Shown here: positions 51,718-60,373 of the stretch, piece by piece | How positions within the stretch are numbered: position 1 is the stretch's first letter | Layout: each line of letters starts with the position of its first letter | Origin: Myxococcota bacterium | GTDB taxonomy: Bacteria; Myxococcota_A; UBA796; UBA2385 | Direction: 5' to 3' | Assembly (NCBI GenBank): GCA_044344255.1 | Contig: JBIJDH010000012.1 | Coordinates: forward strand, 128,001 to 192,000 | DNA length: 64,000 nt | Program-made: the position numbers and the translations under genes | Notes under the pieces: generated by a model | What the model was told of the DNA's origin: nothing | Databases searched by the model: none | Seen by the model: only the letters and a program-made list of their open reading frames with translations

Positions 51718-52163
51718 TGCTCCGCCGGTGCACCGTCGAGGACGCTGTCGCCATCGCGGCCTTAGAGGAGCGCTGCTTCGGTGAAGAGGCCTGGTCCGCC
51801 GCCCAGGTCGCAGGCTCCCTGCTCCGCCCCGGCGGCTTCGGCCTCCTCCTCCCCGACCAGGGCTACGCCATCGGCTGGAGCTTCCTCGGCGAGGCAGAGC
51901 TGCTGCGCATCGGCGCCGATCCGGCCTGCCGCGGCCAGGGGGTGGGCGCGCGCCTGCTGGGGGAGACAGAGGGCCTCGCCGCGGCGCTCGGCGCGGAGCG
52001 GCTCTTCCTCGAGGTCAAGGAGGGCAACACACCCGCCATCCGTCTCTACGAGCGAGGGGGCTGGACCGCCTGCGGTCGCCGCCGCCGCTACTACTCCGAC
52101 GGCCGCGACGCCCTCCTCTACGAGCTCGAGCTCCAGAGGGCCGCTACTTCGGACCGAAGTTGA
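51714..52163 (+). CDS. rimI: RimI-like GNAT acetyltransferase
   Basis: 'RGQGVG', 'LEVKEGNTPAIRLYE', 'GRRRRYY.DGRDAL'; ATGA overlap. Confidence 0.8.
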   Translation: MMLRRCTVEDAVAIAALEERCFGEEAWSAAQVAGSLLRPGGFGLLLPDQGYAIGWSFLGEAELLRIGADPACRGQGVGARLLGETEGLAAALGAERLFLEVKEGNTPAIRLYERGGWTACGRRRRYYSDGRDALLYELELQRAATSDRS

Positions 52164-53097
52164 AGGGCAGGTTGAGGTCGACCGGCTCGCAGATCCGACC
52201 AAACTGCCACTTCTGCACGTTGCGCTTCAGGCACTCCTCGAAGCCGGCGTCGGAGACCTTCTGGGCGACCACCTTGACCGGCCCGGGCTTGCCGTCGGTC
52301 TGCAGCGTGAACATGACCTTCCAGCGCCCGCGCAGATCGTCGTTCGTGTTCAACGCCGTGTTGTAACACTGGTTGAGCTGCGAACCGAAACGCTCGACGA
52401 CGGCCTTCACCATCGCGCGCACCTCGTCGTCCTTGCAGTGCACGATCCCTTGCGGACCGCGGTCGCCGGGGCCCACCTGGGCGATCGCGAAGGGGTCCGC
52501 GAGGCCCTGGGAGCCGCTGCCCGCGCTGATGACCGGCCCACCGGAGGGCGGCGGCGCGGAGCCGCCGGAGGTGGAGCGGCGCGACGAGGTCGTGTTGCTG
52601 GCCACCAGCTCGGGGTTGGACGCCGGGACGCTGGCGCTGGCCCCCGAAGTGCCCCCAGAAGAGCCGCCTGAAGCCGAGGCGCCCTCGGCGCTCGACCCAT
52701 TGTCGGGGGCGCGGGGCGTCCGCTTCTTCGATCCCGCGCTCGACCCGTTGGACTCCGCGACAGCCTCCGCCTCGGTGGCGGGCAAGTCCCGGTGGGCCGA
52801 GAGCGGCACTACCTCAAAGTCCTCGAGGGTGAACTCCGGCAGCGGGGGCTCCGGCCGGAAGACCACCCAGCTCAGGACGCCCACGGAGCCCAGCAAGGCC
52901 AGGGCCAAGGGGAGCCGTGCCCGCTTCTTCTTCTTCTGCGCGATCTCTGCGTCTGCGCGCTCCTTCGCCTTCGCTGCTTCGCCGGGATCGGTGGCCGCCT
53001 CCTCCCCGGGGATCTCGATCAGGCAATGAGGGCAGTGGCCGCCGAACCGGAGGAGGTCTTCCTTCACCGGCTTGCGACAGAAGGGGCAGGCGACCAT
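52144..53097 (-). CDS. Zinc-ribbon / TM / AgmX-PglI (TonB-C-like) protein
   Basis: CPFC...CPHC, one TM, Ser/Gly linker, 'QLNQCY...LRGRWKVMFTL...ECL...WQF...LPFNF'. Confidence 0.7.
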   Translation of the reverse strand: MVACPFCRKPVKEDLLRFGGHCPHCLIEIPGEEAATDPGEAAKAKERADAEIAQKKKKRARLPLALALLGSVGVLSWVVFRPEPPLPEFTLEDFEVVPLSAHRDLPATEAEAVAESNGSSAGSKKRTPRAPDNGSSAEGASASGGSSGGTSGASASVPASNPELVASNTTSSRRSTSGGSAPPPSGGPVISAGSGSQGLADPFAIAQVGPGDRGPQGIVHCKDDEVRAMVKAVVERFGSQLNQCYNTALNTNDDLRGRWKVMFTLQTDGKPGPVKVVAQKVSDAGFEECLKRNVQKWQFGRICEPVDLNLPFNFGPK

Positions 53098-53244
53098 CCG
53101 GGCTCCAGCCAAAGTCCGCGTTCATCAGGACGGCGCGCTCTTGCGGGAGAGATCGCCAGGGACCGCCCGAGCGTGTGCGCTCCGTGGAGCGAGCCACGCG
53201 CGGCCGGCGCCACAGGGTACCATCCGCGCTCCCCCCTCGGCAAG

Positions 53245-53316
53245 GGTCGGCGACCATCGATGTCAAAGGAGACCGTGCGCTCGCCCACGCTCCTTTGACA
53301 TCGATGGTCGCCGACC
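53245..53316. repeat. Perfect 27-bp inverted repeat with an 18-nt spacer
   Basis: GGTCGGCGACCATCGATGTCAAAGGAG (53245-53271) is the exact reverse complement of 53290-53316. Confidence 0.95.
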
Positions 53317-53359
53317 TTAGGCCCAAAACTGTCCAAAAGCGCCAATCAGGGGTGGGCCG

Positions 53360-53968
53360 ATGTCCTCAAAGACTGCCGAAGACGATGGACCAACGGGAGA
53401 GCGGGCCAAGGCCCGGGCCCCCAGGGCCTCCCTTGGCCGCGACTTCCTGCGCACCACGATCGGTGACGCCCTCCTGCCCCTGCTGCAGGACTCGATGGAG
53501 GACGTCGTCTTCGAGGCCCTGGATCGCCGGCAGGTCCCGACCCGCACCGACTTCAAGGAGCTCCGAGACCTCCAAAACAGCCTCCGCGGGCAGCTCGTCG
53601 GCGCCACCGGCGGGGTCAAGCGGCTGTCGGAGCTCGTCGACGATCAAGACCAGCGCATCTCCGCCGCGGAGGCCTCGCTCGCCGCCCTCGAGGCGAGGCT
53701 CACGCGGCTGGAGGCGTCGCTGACAGGCCGCCTCCCCCTGAAGTTTGACGACGACAACGCCTTCGCCGGCGGAGCCACCGGAATCACCATCGCTGCGACC
53801 GATGCGGCCCCAGCCGGCCGGGAGGCGGCCCAGGGGCCTCCGGACCAGGATTCGAACCACGAGGCCGAGCGTTGCGCCGTCCCCGGCTGTACCGAGAGCC
53901 CTCGCGCCCGCGGCTACTGCGCCCGGCATTACCAGAAGTGGCGCCGCGGCACCTTGCCGGAGGCTTGA
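53360..53968 (+). CDS. Coiled-coil (phasin-like) protein with a C-terminal C-C-C-H zinc-finger-like motif
   Basis: 'LDRRQVPTRTDFKEL', heptad region, 'CAVPGC...RGYCARHYQ'. Confidence 0.6.
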   Translation: MSSKTAEDDGPTGERAKARAPRASLGRDFLRTTIGDALLPLLQDSMEDVVFEALDRRQVPTRTDFKELRDLQNSLRGQLVGATGGVKRLSELVDDQDQRISAAEASLAALEARLTRLEASLTGRLPLKFDDDNAFAGGATGITIAATDAAPAGREAAQGPPDQDSNHEAERCAVPGCTESPRARGYCARHYQKWRRGTLPEA

Positions 53969-53991
53969 GCGCGTCGCCCTCCCCGCAGGGG

Positions 53992-54693
53992 TCAACGGAT
54001 GCCGTAATACGTGTCGAGGCAGACGACGCCGATGTTGCAGACGGCGTGGAACAAGGCGCCGGTGATGACGCCCCCCGTCCGCTCCCGCATCCAGGCGAAG
54101 ACCATGCCCGGGAAGAATGTGGCGAAGTGCCACCACTGGAGCTGGACCACCGAGTGTCCGAAGGCGAAGAAGAGCCCCGCGATGACCGCGCCCGGCCCCA
54201 TGGGCACGCCGAAGATGAGCCAACGCCGCGCGAAGACCTCGTTCAGGCGGGTCTGGAAGTAGCCGCGGTAGAAGAACTCCTCGGGGATCGCCACGTAGAA
54301 GATCTGGTATGCGACGAGCTCGAGCAGCGCCGCTGGCGAGCCGTGCCCCGGCGAGGCGTGGAAGAGCTGCGTCTGGTAGAGGTGGTAGCCCACCAGGAAG
54401 GGCAAGGTGATGACGCCCAGCACCTTGGCGTTCAACACGAGGGCAGCCCTCCACGCTGGCCAGTCGAAGAAGCCGGGGATGCTGAGCTGATAGTCCCAGG
54501 AGTCGACGCCGCGGTAACGACAGAGGGCCACCGGGGCGTAGATGAAGAGGAGGGGGACCACCGCCAGCACCGCCTCGTGGACGGAGACAGCGGCCTGGAG
54601 GGCGACGACGCCGCGGATCAACAGGAGCACGCCCAACCAGAGCAGCGTCAGCTCACGGAGGACGCCGAGCCGCGCCCTCGTCGACTCGCTCAA
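53992..54693 (-). CDS. CPBP intramembrane glutamic endopeptidase, myxosortase-like
   Basis: 'IPEEFFYRGYFQTRL', 'FAFGH', 'FFPG.VFAWMRERTG', 'FHAVCN'. The TTG start overlapping the larE stop is inferred. Confidence 0.85.
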   Translation of the reverse strand: MSESTRARLGVLRELTLLWLGVLLLIRGVVALQAAVSVHEAVLAVVPLLFIYAPVALCRYRGVDSWDYQLSIPGFFDWPAWRAALVLNAKVLGVITLPFLVGYHLYQTQLFHASPGHGSPAALLELVAYQIFYVAIPEEFFYRGYFQTRLNEVFARRWLIFGVPMGPGAVIAGLFFAFGHSVVQLQWWHFATFFPGMVFAWMRERTGGVITGALFHAVCNIGVVCLDTYYGIR

Positions 54694-55598
54694 CGGCCGC
54701 TCGCCCCGCCGGAGAGGGCGCGCGAGAGGATCCCCTGACGGTAGCCCATGAGGTCCAAGGTCACCCATTCGAAGCCCTCCGCGCGGCTCACCTCCACCAG
54801 GGCCTCCCGGATCCCCGGCTCGAACAAGCAAGGGAGCTCAGCGGGATCGAGCTCCAGGCGCAGCATCGGCTTGCCCTCCAGCTCGTGCCAGCGGGCCCGA
54901 AACTGCCGGAGCCCGATGGTGCGGAGGTAGCTCTCGACCCGCTGCACCGCCACCACCCGTGGCAGCGTCACCCGCGTACCGACCGGGAAGCGGCTGCCGA
55001 GGCAGGCGAAGGCCGGCTTGTCCCAGACGGGGAGGCCGAGGCGCCGCGCGAGGCTCCGCACCTGCGCCTTGGTCAGGCCCGCCTCAACCAGCGGGTGACG
55101 GATCTGCCGCTCGCCTGCGGCGACGAGGCCGGGGCGGTGGCCGCCGAGGTCTTCGACCAGGGTGCCGTCAGCCACCCAGCGGAGGCCGAGCTCAGCCGCC
55201 CGACGGCGCGCCAGATCGAAGAGCTCCGCCTTGCAGAAGTAGCAGCGGTCACCCTTGTTGGCGGCATAGCCCTCCGACTCGATCTCCGAGGACTCGACCA
55301 GGACGTGCCGCACCCCCACCTGCCGGGCGACGGCCTCCGCCAACGCCCGCTCTTCGGGAGGGAAGGTCGGCGAGACCGCGGTGAGCGCCACGGCCTTCGT
55401 CCCGAGCGTGGCCACGGCCACCGCCACGACCAGCGCCGAGTCGACGCCGCCGGAGAAGGCGACCAGCACCTCCCCCATCTCCTCGAGCACGGCCTCGAGC
55501 CGCTCGGCCGCGGCCTCCAGCGCAGGGTCTGCCGGCAGAGAGGCCTCGCTCTCGATGACGGTGTCCACCTCGATGACGCTCTCGATGACGCTGTCCAC
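54690..55598 (-). CDS. larE: LarE-family PP-loop sulfur transferase
   Basis: AFSGGVDS, RCYFCK, RPG, KPAFACLGSRFP. Confidence 0.85.
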   Translation of the reverse strand: MDSVIESVIEVDTVIESEASLPADPALEAAAERLEAVLEEMGEVLVAFSGGVDSALVVAVAVATLGTKAVALTAVSPTFPPEERALAEAVARQVGVRHVLVESSEIESEGYAANKGDRCYFCKAELFDLARRRAAELGLRWVADGTLVEDLGGHRPGLVAAGERQIRHPLVEAGLTKAQVRSLARRLGLPVWDKPAFACLGSRFPVGTRVTLPRVVAVQRVESYLRTIGLRQFRARWHELEGKPMLRLELDPAELPCLFEPGIREALVEVSRAEGFEWVTLDLMGYRQGILSRALSGGASGR

Positions 55599-55691
55599 CT
55601 CGACCTCATCCTCCCGGCCCGGGGAGGCCGCCGCACTCGCTAATCGCGCCGCGGGCCTTGTCCAGCTCGGGGCGACCAGACGGTGGGGTCC

Positions 55692-55720
55692 GTGGCAGGT
55701 GAGAGCGCGGGTGCTATGCT
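55692..55720 (+). promoter_or_regulatory. Candidate extended -10 sigma70 promoter
   Basis: GTGGCA-N17-TATGCT with TG; GAGGTG RBS at 55741. Confidence 0.45.
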
Positions 55721-55749
55721 CGCGCGGCTGTCCGCCGCTCGAGGTGCAG

Positions 55750-58700
55750 ATGCGATCCCTCGTCCCCTTGCTCTGGCTGCTCCCCTCGGTCGCCTGGAGC
55801 TGGCCGGCCGACGACGCGGCGTGGACACCGCTGACGGCGAGCGGCGCGGGCGTAGAGGATCTGGCAGGTGACGCCTATTTTCAGGCGGATGACCTCACCT
55901 TTGGCCCGCACTGTGACATCGTCGGCCAGGCGCCAGACTCGGCCGGATATTGGTCCGTTGACGAGGACTATCTCTACTTTCGGCTTCGATTGAACACAGA
56001 CCCCTCCTCCGGCTGGGCCTTGGCGGGCGTCGACACCATCGCCACCTACTCCGTGCTCTTCGACACGGTCCTCGAGGCGGAGGCCGACGGCGAGGTCCCC
56101 TCCCCTGAGGCCGGCCTGCTGCTGTACAGCGCCCCCGACGTGTCGAGCTCCGACACCCGCCCTGACCAGCTCGACCTCTTCACCTTCGCCGCCGCCGCGG
56201 CCTGGACAGACGCCCCGGTCTCCCCGCCGGTCCACACCGCCTACGCGCCCTTCGACGGTGACCGCGCCCGCGTCACCGTCCTCGCGCTCGGCGCCGCGGG
56301 GTACAGCGGCGACGACGACGCCTGGATCGACCTCTCCCTGCCCCGGCTCGTCTTCGAGGAGGAGACCGGGCTCGCCCCCACGGCCCTGTTCCGCGTCGCC
56401 CTCGCCAGCGGGGGGGGCAGCCTCGACGACACGCGGGTCTACGCCGACCTCGCGGGCGCCGACAACACCGTCGCCGCCGACTTCCGAGACGGTCTCCAGG
56501 ACGCCATCTCCATCGACCAGGACGACGACGGGCTGCTCTACCCCGAGGAGCTCGACGCCGGCACGGACCCCACCCTCGCCGACACCGACGGCGACGGGCT
56601 CTCCGACCGCACCGAGCTCGAGACCTCCCACACCGATCCCACCGAGGCCGACTCCGACGGCGACACCCTCTCCGACGGCGAGGAGCTCACCTCCACGTTC
56701 ACAGACCCCAACCTCGCCGACAGCGACGGGGACGGCCTCGACGACGCCACCGAGCTCCAGGTCACCGGCACCAACCCCCTCGACGCCGACTCCGACGACG
56801 ACACCATCGAAGACCTCGAGGAGACGGACTGCCCGCTCGGGGGCAGCACCACCGACCGCGACGGCGACGGACGACAAGACACCGAGGAGGCGAGCCTCGA
56901 CTCCGACGGCGACGAGGACCCGGACTTCTGCGACGAGGACGACGACGGCGACGGTATCCTCACCTCCGTCGAAGGTGGGGACGATCTCGATGACGACAGG
57001 GTCCCCAACTACCTCGATGACGACTCGGACGGGGACGGCCGCTCCGACCTCATCGAGGGTGAGGCGGACGACGACTGCGACAACCTCGACAACTACGTCG
57101 ACGACGACGAGTCGGACGGCCCCTGCGCCGAGGGCGGCGGCGAAGACGGCGGCGACGACGACGGCGGGGCCTCGGACGGCGGCGCAGGGGACGGCCTCAA
57201 AGGCCTCGCAGGCGGTGACCTCACGGGCGGCACCTGCTCCACCGCCGGGAGCCCGATCGGCTGGTGGGCCCTGCTCGGCGGCGCCCTGCTCGTCGGTCGG
57301 CGGCGCCAGCGGCCAAGCCTCTCTTCCCTCCGCACTTCCTTTCGCCGCTCCCTCTCGCTCGCGCTCGGCCTCGGCTCGGTGGGGGGCCTCGCCCTCCGGG
57401 GCGCCGACGCGCGGGGCCAGGAGATCGACGCTCAGCGCTTTCGCCCGAACATCGACGGACAGACCTTCCTCCGCCTGGACGATCCAGCCCTCGGCGCGGC
57501 GGGCCCGAGCGGAGGCTTCACCTTCAACTACGCCCGCGACCTCTTTCAATACCGCTACGCCGATCCCGCCCTCGATCCGGTGCCGGTGCTCGCCCACGTC
57601 TCCACCGCAAACCTCTACGGGGCCTACACCCTCGGGCCGGCGCGGCTCGGCTTCGACGCCCCCCTCCACCTCGGCGCCGACGGCCTCGGCGTCGATGAGG
57701 CCGGCACCTACATCGTCGGCGACCTCCGCCTGGAGGCGAAGGTCCAGCTCCTCGATCGCCGCTCGGGGCCGGTCGGCCTCGCGGTCTCCGGGCTCCTCGA
57801 CGCCCCCACCGGCAACGGTCGGGCCTGGCTCGGCGCCGCAGGCCTGGGGGGCGGCGGTCGCCTCAGCCTCGCGACCGGGCGAACCTGGGTGGCGACCGGG
57901 GAGGCCGGCTTCACCTACACCCCCCACTCCGACCTCCCCGGCCTCGGCTGGGGGTCGAGCCTCGGCTGGGGGCTCGGCTTCGCCTCCCCCGCCTGGCTGA
58001 ACGAAGCGCTCTGGCTCTCCGCGGAGCTCGATGGAGACAAGGTCTTCGACGCGGGCGCCGATCCGGGCGCCTCGCCGGTCGAGGCCCTGCTCGCGGTCCA
58101 CGGTCGCCCGGTGGGAGAGCTCGTGATCACGGGCGGCGCCGGGCGCGGGCTCAGCTCGGGCATCGGCGCCCCCGACCTGCGGCTGGTGTTTGGTGTCGGC
58201 TGGTCGCCGCGACGTGCGGCCCCCTTGATGTCCCCCGCCGGCTCCGACGCAGACAGAGACGGTGTCCCCTCGCCCCAAGACCTCTGTCCCGATCAGGCCG
58301 AAGACCGAAACGGCCAGATCGACGATGACGGCTGCCCCGAGAAGGACCTCACACCCACGCAGATCGAGGTGTGGGACCAGGACTCCCGCAAGCTGGCGCG
58401 GTCCACCGTCCAGCTCTCTCAGGGGCCCGAGACGGGCACCTGGGCCACCACCGACGGCGTGGTCGGCCACTCCCTGCCGCCCGGCACGTACACGCTGCGC
58501 TGCGCGGCCCCGGGCTACCGCGAGACGATCAGGGAGATCGACATCCCGCTGGCCACCACCCACTCGGTGGCCTGTCAGGTGGTCTCGGAGGCGGCGATCG
58601 GCCGGGTCCTGCTCACCATCCGCGACGAGGGTGGCGCGCCCATCGACGCCAAGGTGCGGGTGCCCGCCCGCCAGCTCGAGCAGACCTCCAAGGACGGCGT

Positions 58701-59250
58701 CACCACGCTCGAGCTGCCCGCCGGCCACCACAGCGTCATCGTCACCGCCCCCGGCTATCAGCTCGCCCAGGTCGAGGTCGAGCTGGCCTCCGCCTCCCAG
58801 GTGGGCTCCTCGGTCACGCTGCGGCCGATTCAGAGCTTCACGGGCACCGCCGCGTCGTCCGAGATCCGGATGGTTGGCGACTACATCAGCGTCCCCGAGA
58901 TGGTCTTCTTCGACTCCGGCTCGGCCTCGCTGACGGCGGCCGCCTTCCCAGTCCTCGAGCAGCTCATCAACTTCCTGCACGGCCACCCCGAGATCCGTCG
59001 CATCGAGATCCGCGGCCACGCCGACAAGCGCGGCTCCGCCGAGCTCAACCACGACCTCAGCCAGCGCAGAGCCGACGCGGTCGCGATCTACCTGGTCAGC
59101 CGGGACGCCCCGTCTTGGATCGCCTACGTGCCGACCGGCTACGGGGAGTCGAAGCCCCTCCAGATCGGCGAGGAGGTCCGCGCTCTCGAGACCAACCGTC
59201 GGGTCGACTTTGTGGTCGTTCGAGACGAGCCGAGCGGGGGTGCCCCCTGA
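55750..59250 (+). CDS. Large surface protein: passenger, DxDxDG Ca-binding repeats, internal MYXO-CTERM-like tag, TraB-like beta-barrel, beta-sandwich domains and OmpA domain
   Basis: Signal peptide; many D-T/S-D-G-D-G repeats; 'GGTCS...WWALLGGALLVGRRR'; 'QRFRP...GIGAPDLR'; OmpA 'FFDSGS...GHAD...LSQRRA...GYGE...NRRVDF'. Confidence 0.85.
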   Translation: MRSLVPLLWLLPSVAWSWPADDAAWTPLTASGAGVEDLAGDAYFQADDLTFGPHCDIVGQAPDSAGYWSVDEDYLYFRLRLNTDPSSGWALAGVDTIATYSVLFDTVLEAEADGEVPSPEAGLLLYSAPDVSSSDTRPDQLDLFTFAAAAAWTDAPVSPPVHTAYAPFDGDRARVTVLALGAAGYSGDDDAWIDLSLPRLVFEEETGLAPTALFRVALASGGGSLDDTRVYADLAGADNTVAADFRDGLQDAISIDQDDDGLLYPEELDAGTDPTLADTDGDGLSDRTELETSHTDPTEADSDGDTLSDGEELTSTFTDPNLADSDGDGLDDATELQVTGTNPLDADSDDDTIEDLEETDCPLGGSTTDRDGDGRQDTEEASLDSDGDEDPDFCDEDDDGDGILTSVEGGDDLDDDRVPNYLDDDSDGDGRSDLIEGEADDDCDNLDNYVDDDESDGPCAEGGGEDGGDDDGGASDGGAGDGLKGLAGGDLTGGTCSTAGSPIGWWALLGGALLVGRRRQRPSLSSLRTSFRRSLSLALGLGSVGGLALRGADARGQEIDAQRFRPNIDGQTFLRLDDPALGAAGPSGGFTFNYARDLFQYRYADPALDPVPVLAHVSTANLYGAYTLGPARLGFDAPLHLGADGLGVDEAGTYIVGDLRLEAKVQLLDRRSGPVGLAVSGLLDAPTGNGRAWLGAAGLGGGGRLSLATGRTWVATGEAGFTYTPHSDLPGLGWGSSLGWGLGFASPAWLNEALWLSAELDGDKVFDAGADPGASPVEALLAVHGRPVGELVITGGAGRGLSSGIGAPDLRLVFGVGWSPRRAAPLMSPAGSDADRDGVPSPQDLCPDQAEDRNGQIDDDGCPEKDLTPTQIEVWDQDSRKLARSTVQLSQGPETGTWATTDGVVGHSLPPGTYTLRCAAPGYRETIREIDIPLATTHSVACQVVSEAAIGRVLLTIRDEGGAPIDAKVRVPARQLEQTSKDGVTTLELPAGHHSVIVTAPGYQLAQVEVELASASQVGSSVTLRPIQSFTGTAASSEIRMVGDYISVPEMVFFDSGSASLTAAAFPVLEQLINFLHGHPEIRRIEIRGHADKRGSAELNHDLSQRRADAVAIYLVSRDAPSWIAYVPTGYGESKPLQIGEEVRALETNRRVDFVVVRDEPSGGAP
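56510..57120 (+). repeat. TSP3-like DxDxDG coding repeats
   Basis: Recurring GAC-nnn-GAC-GGC-GAC units. Confidence 0.8.
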
Positions 59251-59273
59251 AGCGCCGCCAGAGGCTCGATGAC

Positions 59274-59302
59274 TTGTCAATTCGCGCGGAGCCCGGTACC
59301 AT
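59274..59302 (+). promoter_or_regulatory. Candidate sigma70 promoter for the GGDEF-HK-RR genes
   Basis: TTGTCA-N17-TACCAT. Confidence 0.55.
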
Positions 59303-59362
59303 GCCAACGTTGGTAAGCCTCCAATCGGCAGACCCAGCCGCAGGCAGGCGACCAGGTCTTCC

Positions 59363-60373
59363 GTGCGGGGTCCGCCCTCCGGTCCCCCTGAATGGAGCCC
59401 GACGTTGAACCGCCCATTCGAGCCCGAGAGCGACTCCATCCGCCAGCGCGAAGACACCGGCGAGGTGACGGTTCGCCTGCCGGTGATGCGCCCTGCGCCC
59501 AACCGCCGCCGAGCTGTACCCACCCTCCGTGTGGTCGCGGGCAAGGACATGCTCCACTTCGTGCCGATCAACCCCGAGGAGAAGGTCCTGATCGGCCGAG
59601 ACGAGGGCGCAGAGCTCCGCCTGGGTGACCCGACGGTCAGCAAGCGCCACGCCAACGTCCTCTCCGACGCCCACGGCGCTATCACCGTCGTCGACCTCGA
59701 CTCCACCAACGGCACCTCGGTCAACGGCAAGCCCATCCGCCGCACGACGCTGCAGCCGGGCGATCACCTCGAGGTCGGCGCGGTCTCGCTGCGCCTCGAT
59801 CTGCTGTCCCTCGATGAGATCGGCCACCTGGACCGTGTGCTCAAGCGCCTCGAGGCCTCGAACCGCGACCCCCTCACCGGCCTGCTGACTCGCGCCTTCT
59901 TCGACGACGAGCTGCCCGCGCTGGCGGAGAAGTGCTCGCGGGCAGACGTGCCCTTCTCTTGCGTCTTCGTTGACGTCGACCGCTTCAAGGCGGTCAACGA
60001 CAACTATGGCCATCAGCTCGGAGACGAGGTGCTCGTCGCCATCGGCCGGCTCGTGATGGTCGGCGTGCGCGATGCAGATCCCTCCATGCGCTACGGCGGC
60101 GAGGAGATCGTGCTCTTCCTGCCCGGCAGCACCGAGATGGGGGCCGCCGAGGTGGCCGAGCGCACCCGCAAGACGATCATGGGCCACGACTGGGACCGCA
60201 CCTCCCCCGGCCTGCGCATCACCGCCTCTTTCGGCGTCGCCGAGCGGTACTCCGACGAGTCCTTAAAAGATTGGCTGCGCCGCGCTGACGAGGCCGTCTA
60301 TTCGGCCAAGCACAGCGGGCGGAACCGAGTGGTTCGCGCCTCGACCATAGCGACCAGCTCGTCGTTTCGGTGA
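59363..60373 (+). CDS. FHA-domain diguanylate cyclase (alternative start TTG 59405)
   Basis: FHA 'IGR...VSKRHA...DLDSTNGT'; 'DPLTGL', 'DVDRFKAVND.YGH..GD', RDAD I-site, RYGGEE. Confidence 0.92.
   Translation: MRGPPSGPPEWSPTLNRPFEPESDSIRQREDTGEVTVRLPVMRPAPNRRRAVPTLRVVAGKDMLHFVPINPEEKVLIGRDEGAELRLGDPTVSKRHANVLSDAHGAITVVDLDSTNGTSVNGKPIRRTTLQPGDHLEVGAVSLRLDLLSLDEIGHLDRVLKRLEASNRDPLTGLLTRAFFDDELPALAEKCSRADVPFSCVFVDVDRFKAVNDNYGHQLGDEVLVAIGRLVMVGVRDADPSMRYGGEEIVLFLPGSTEMGAAEVAERTRKTIMGHDWDRTSPGLRITASFGVAERYSDESLKDWLRRADEAVYSAKHSGRNRVVRASTIATSSSFR

Noticed and set aside
53245..53316. Rho-independent terminator
   Set aside because: It lies between divergent gene starts, has no U-tract, and has an unusually long stem.
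55714..59745. 1343-aa minus-strand ORF and similar long ORFs (18331-20943, 25438-28224, 28750-31218, 31248-33905)
   Set aside because: Antisense shadows of well-supported genes, as expected in high-GC DNA; no recognisable motifs.
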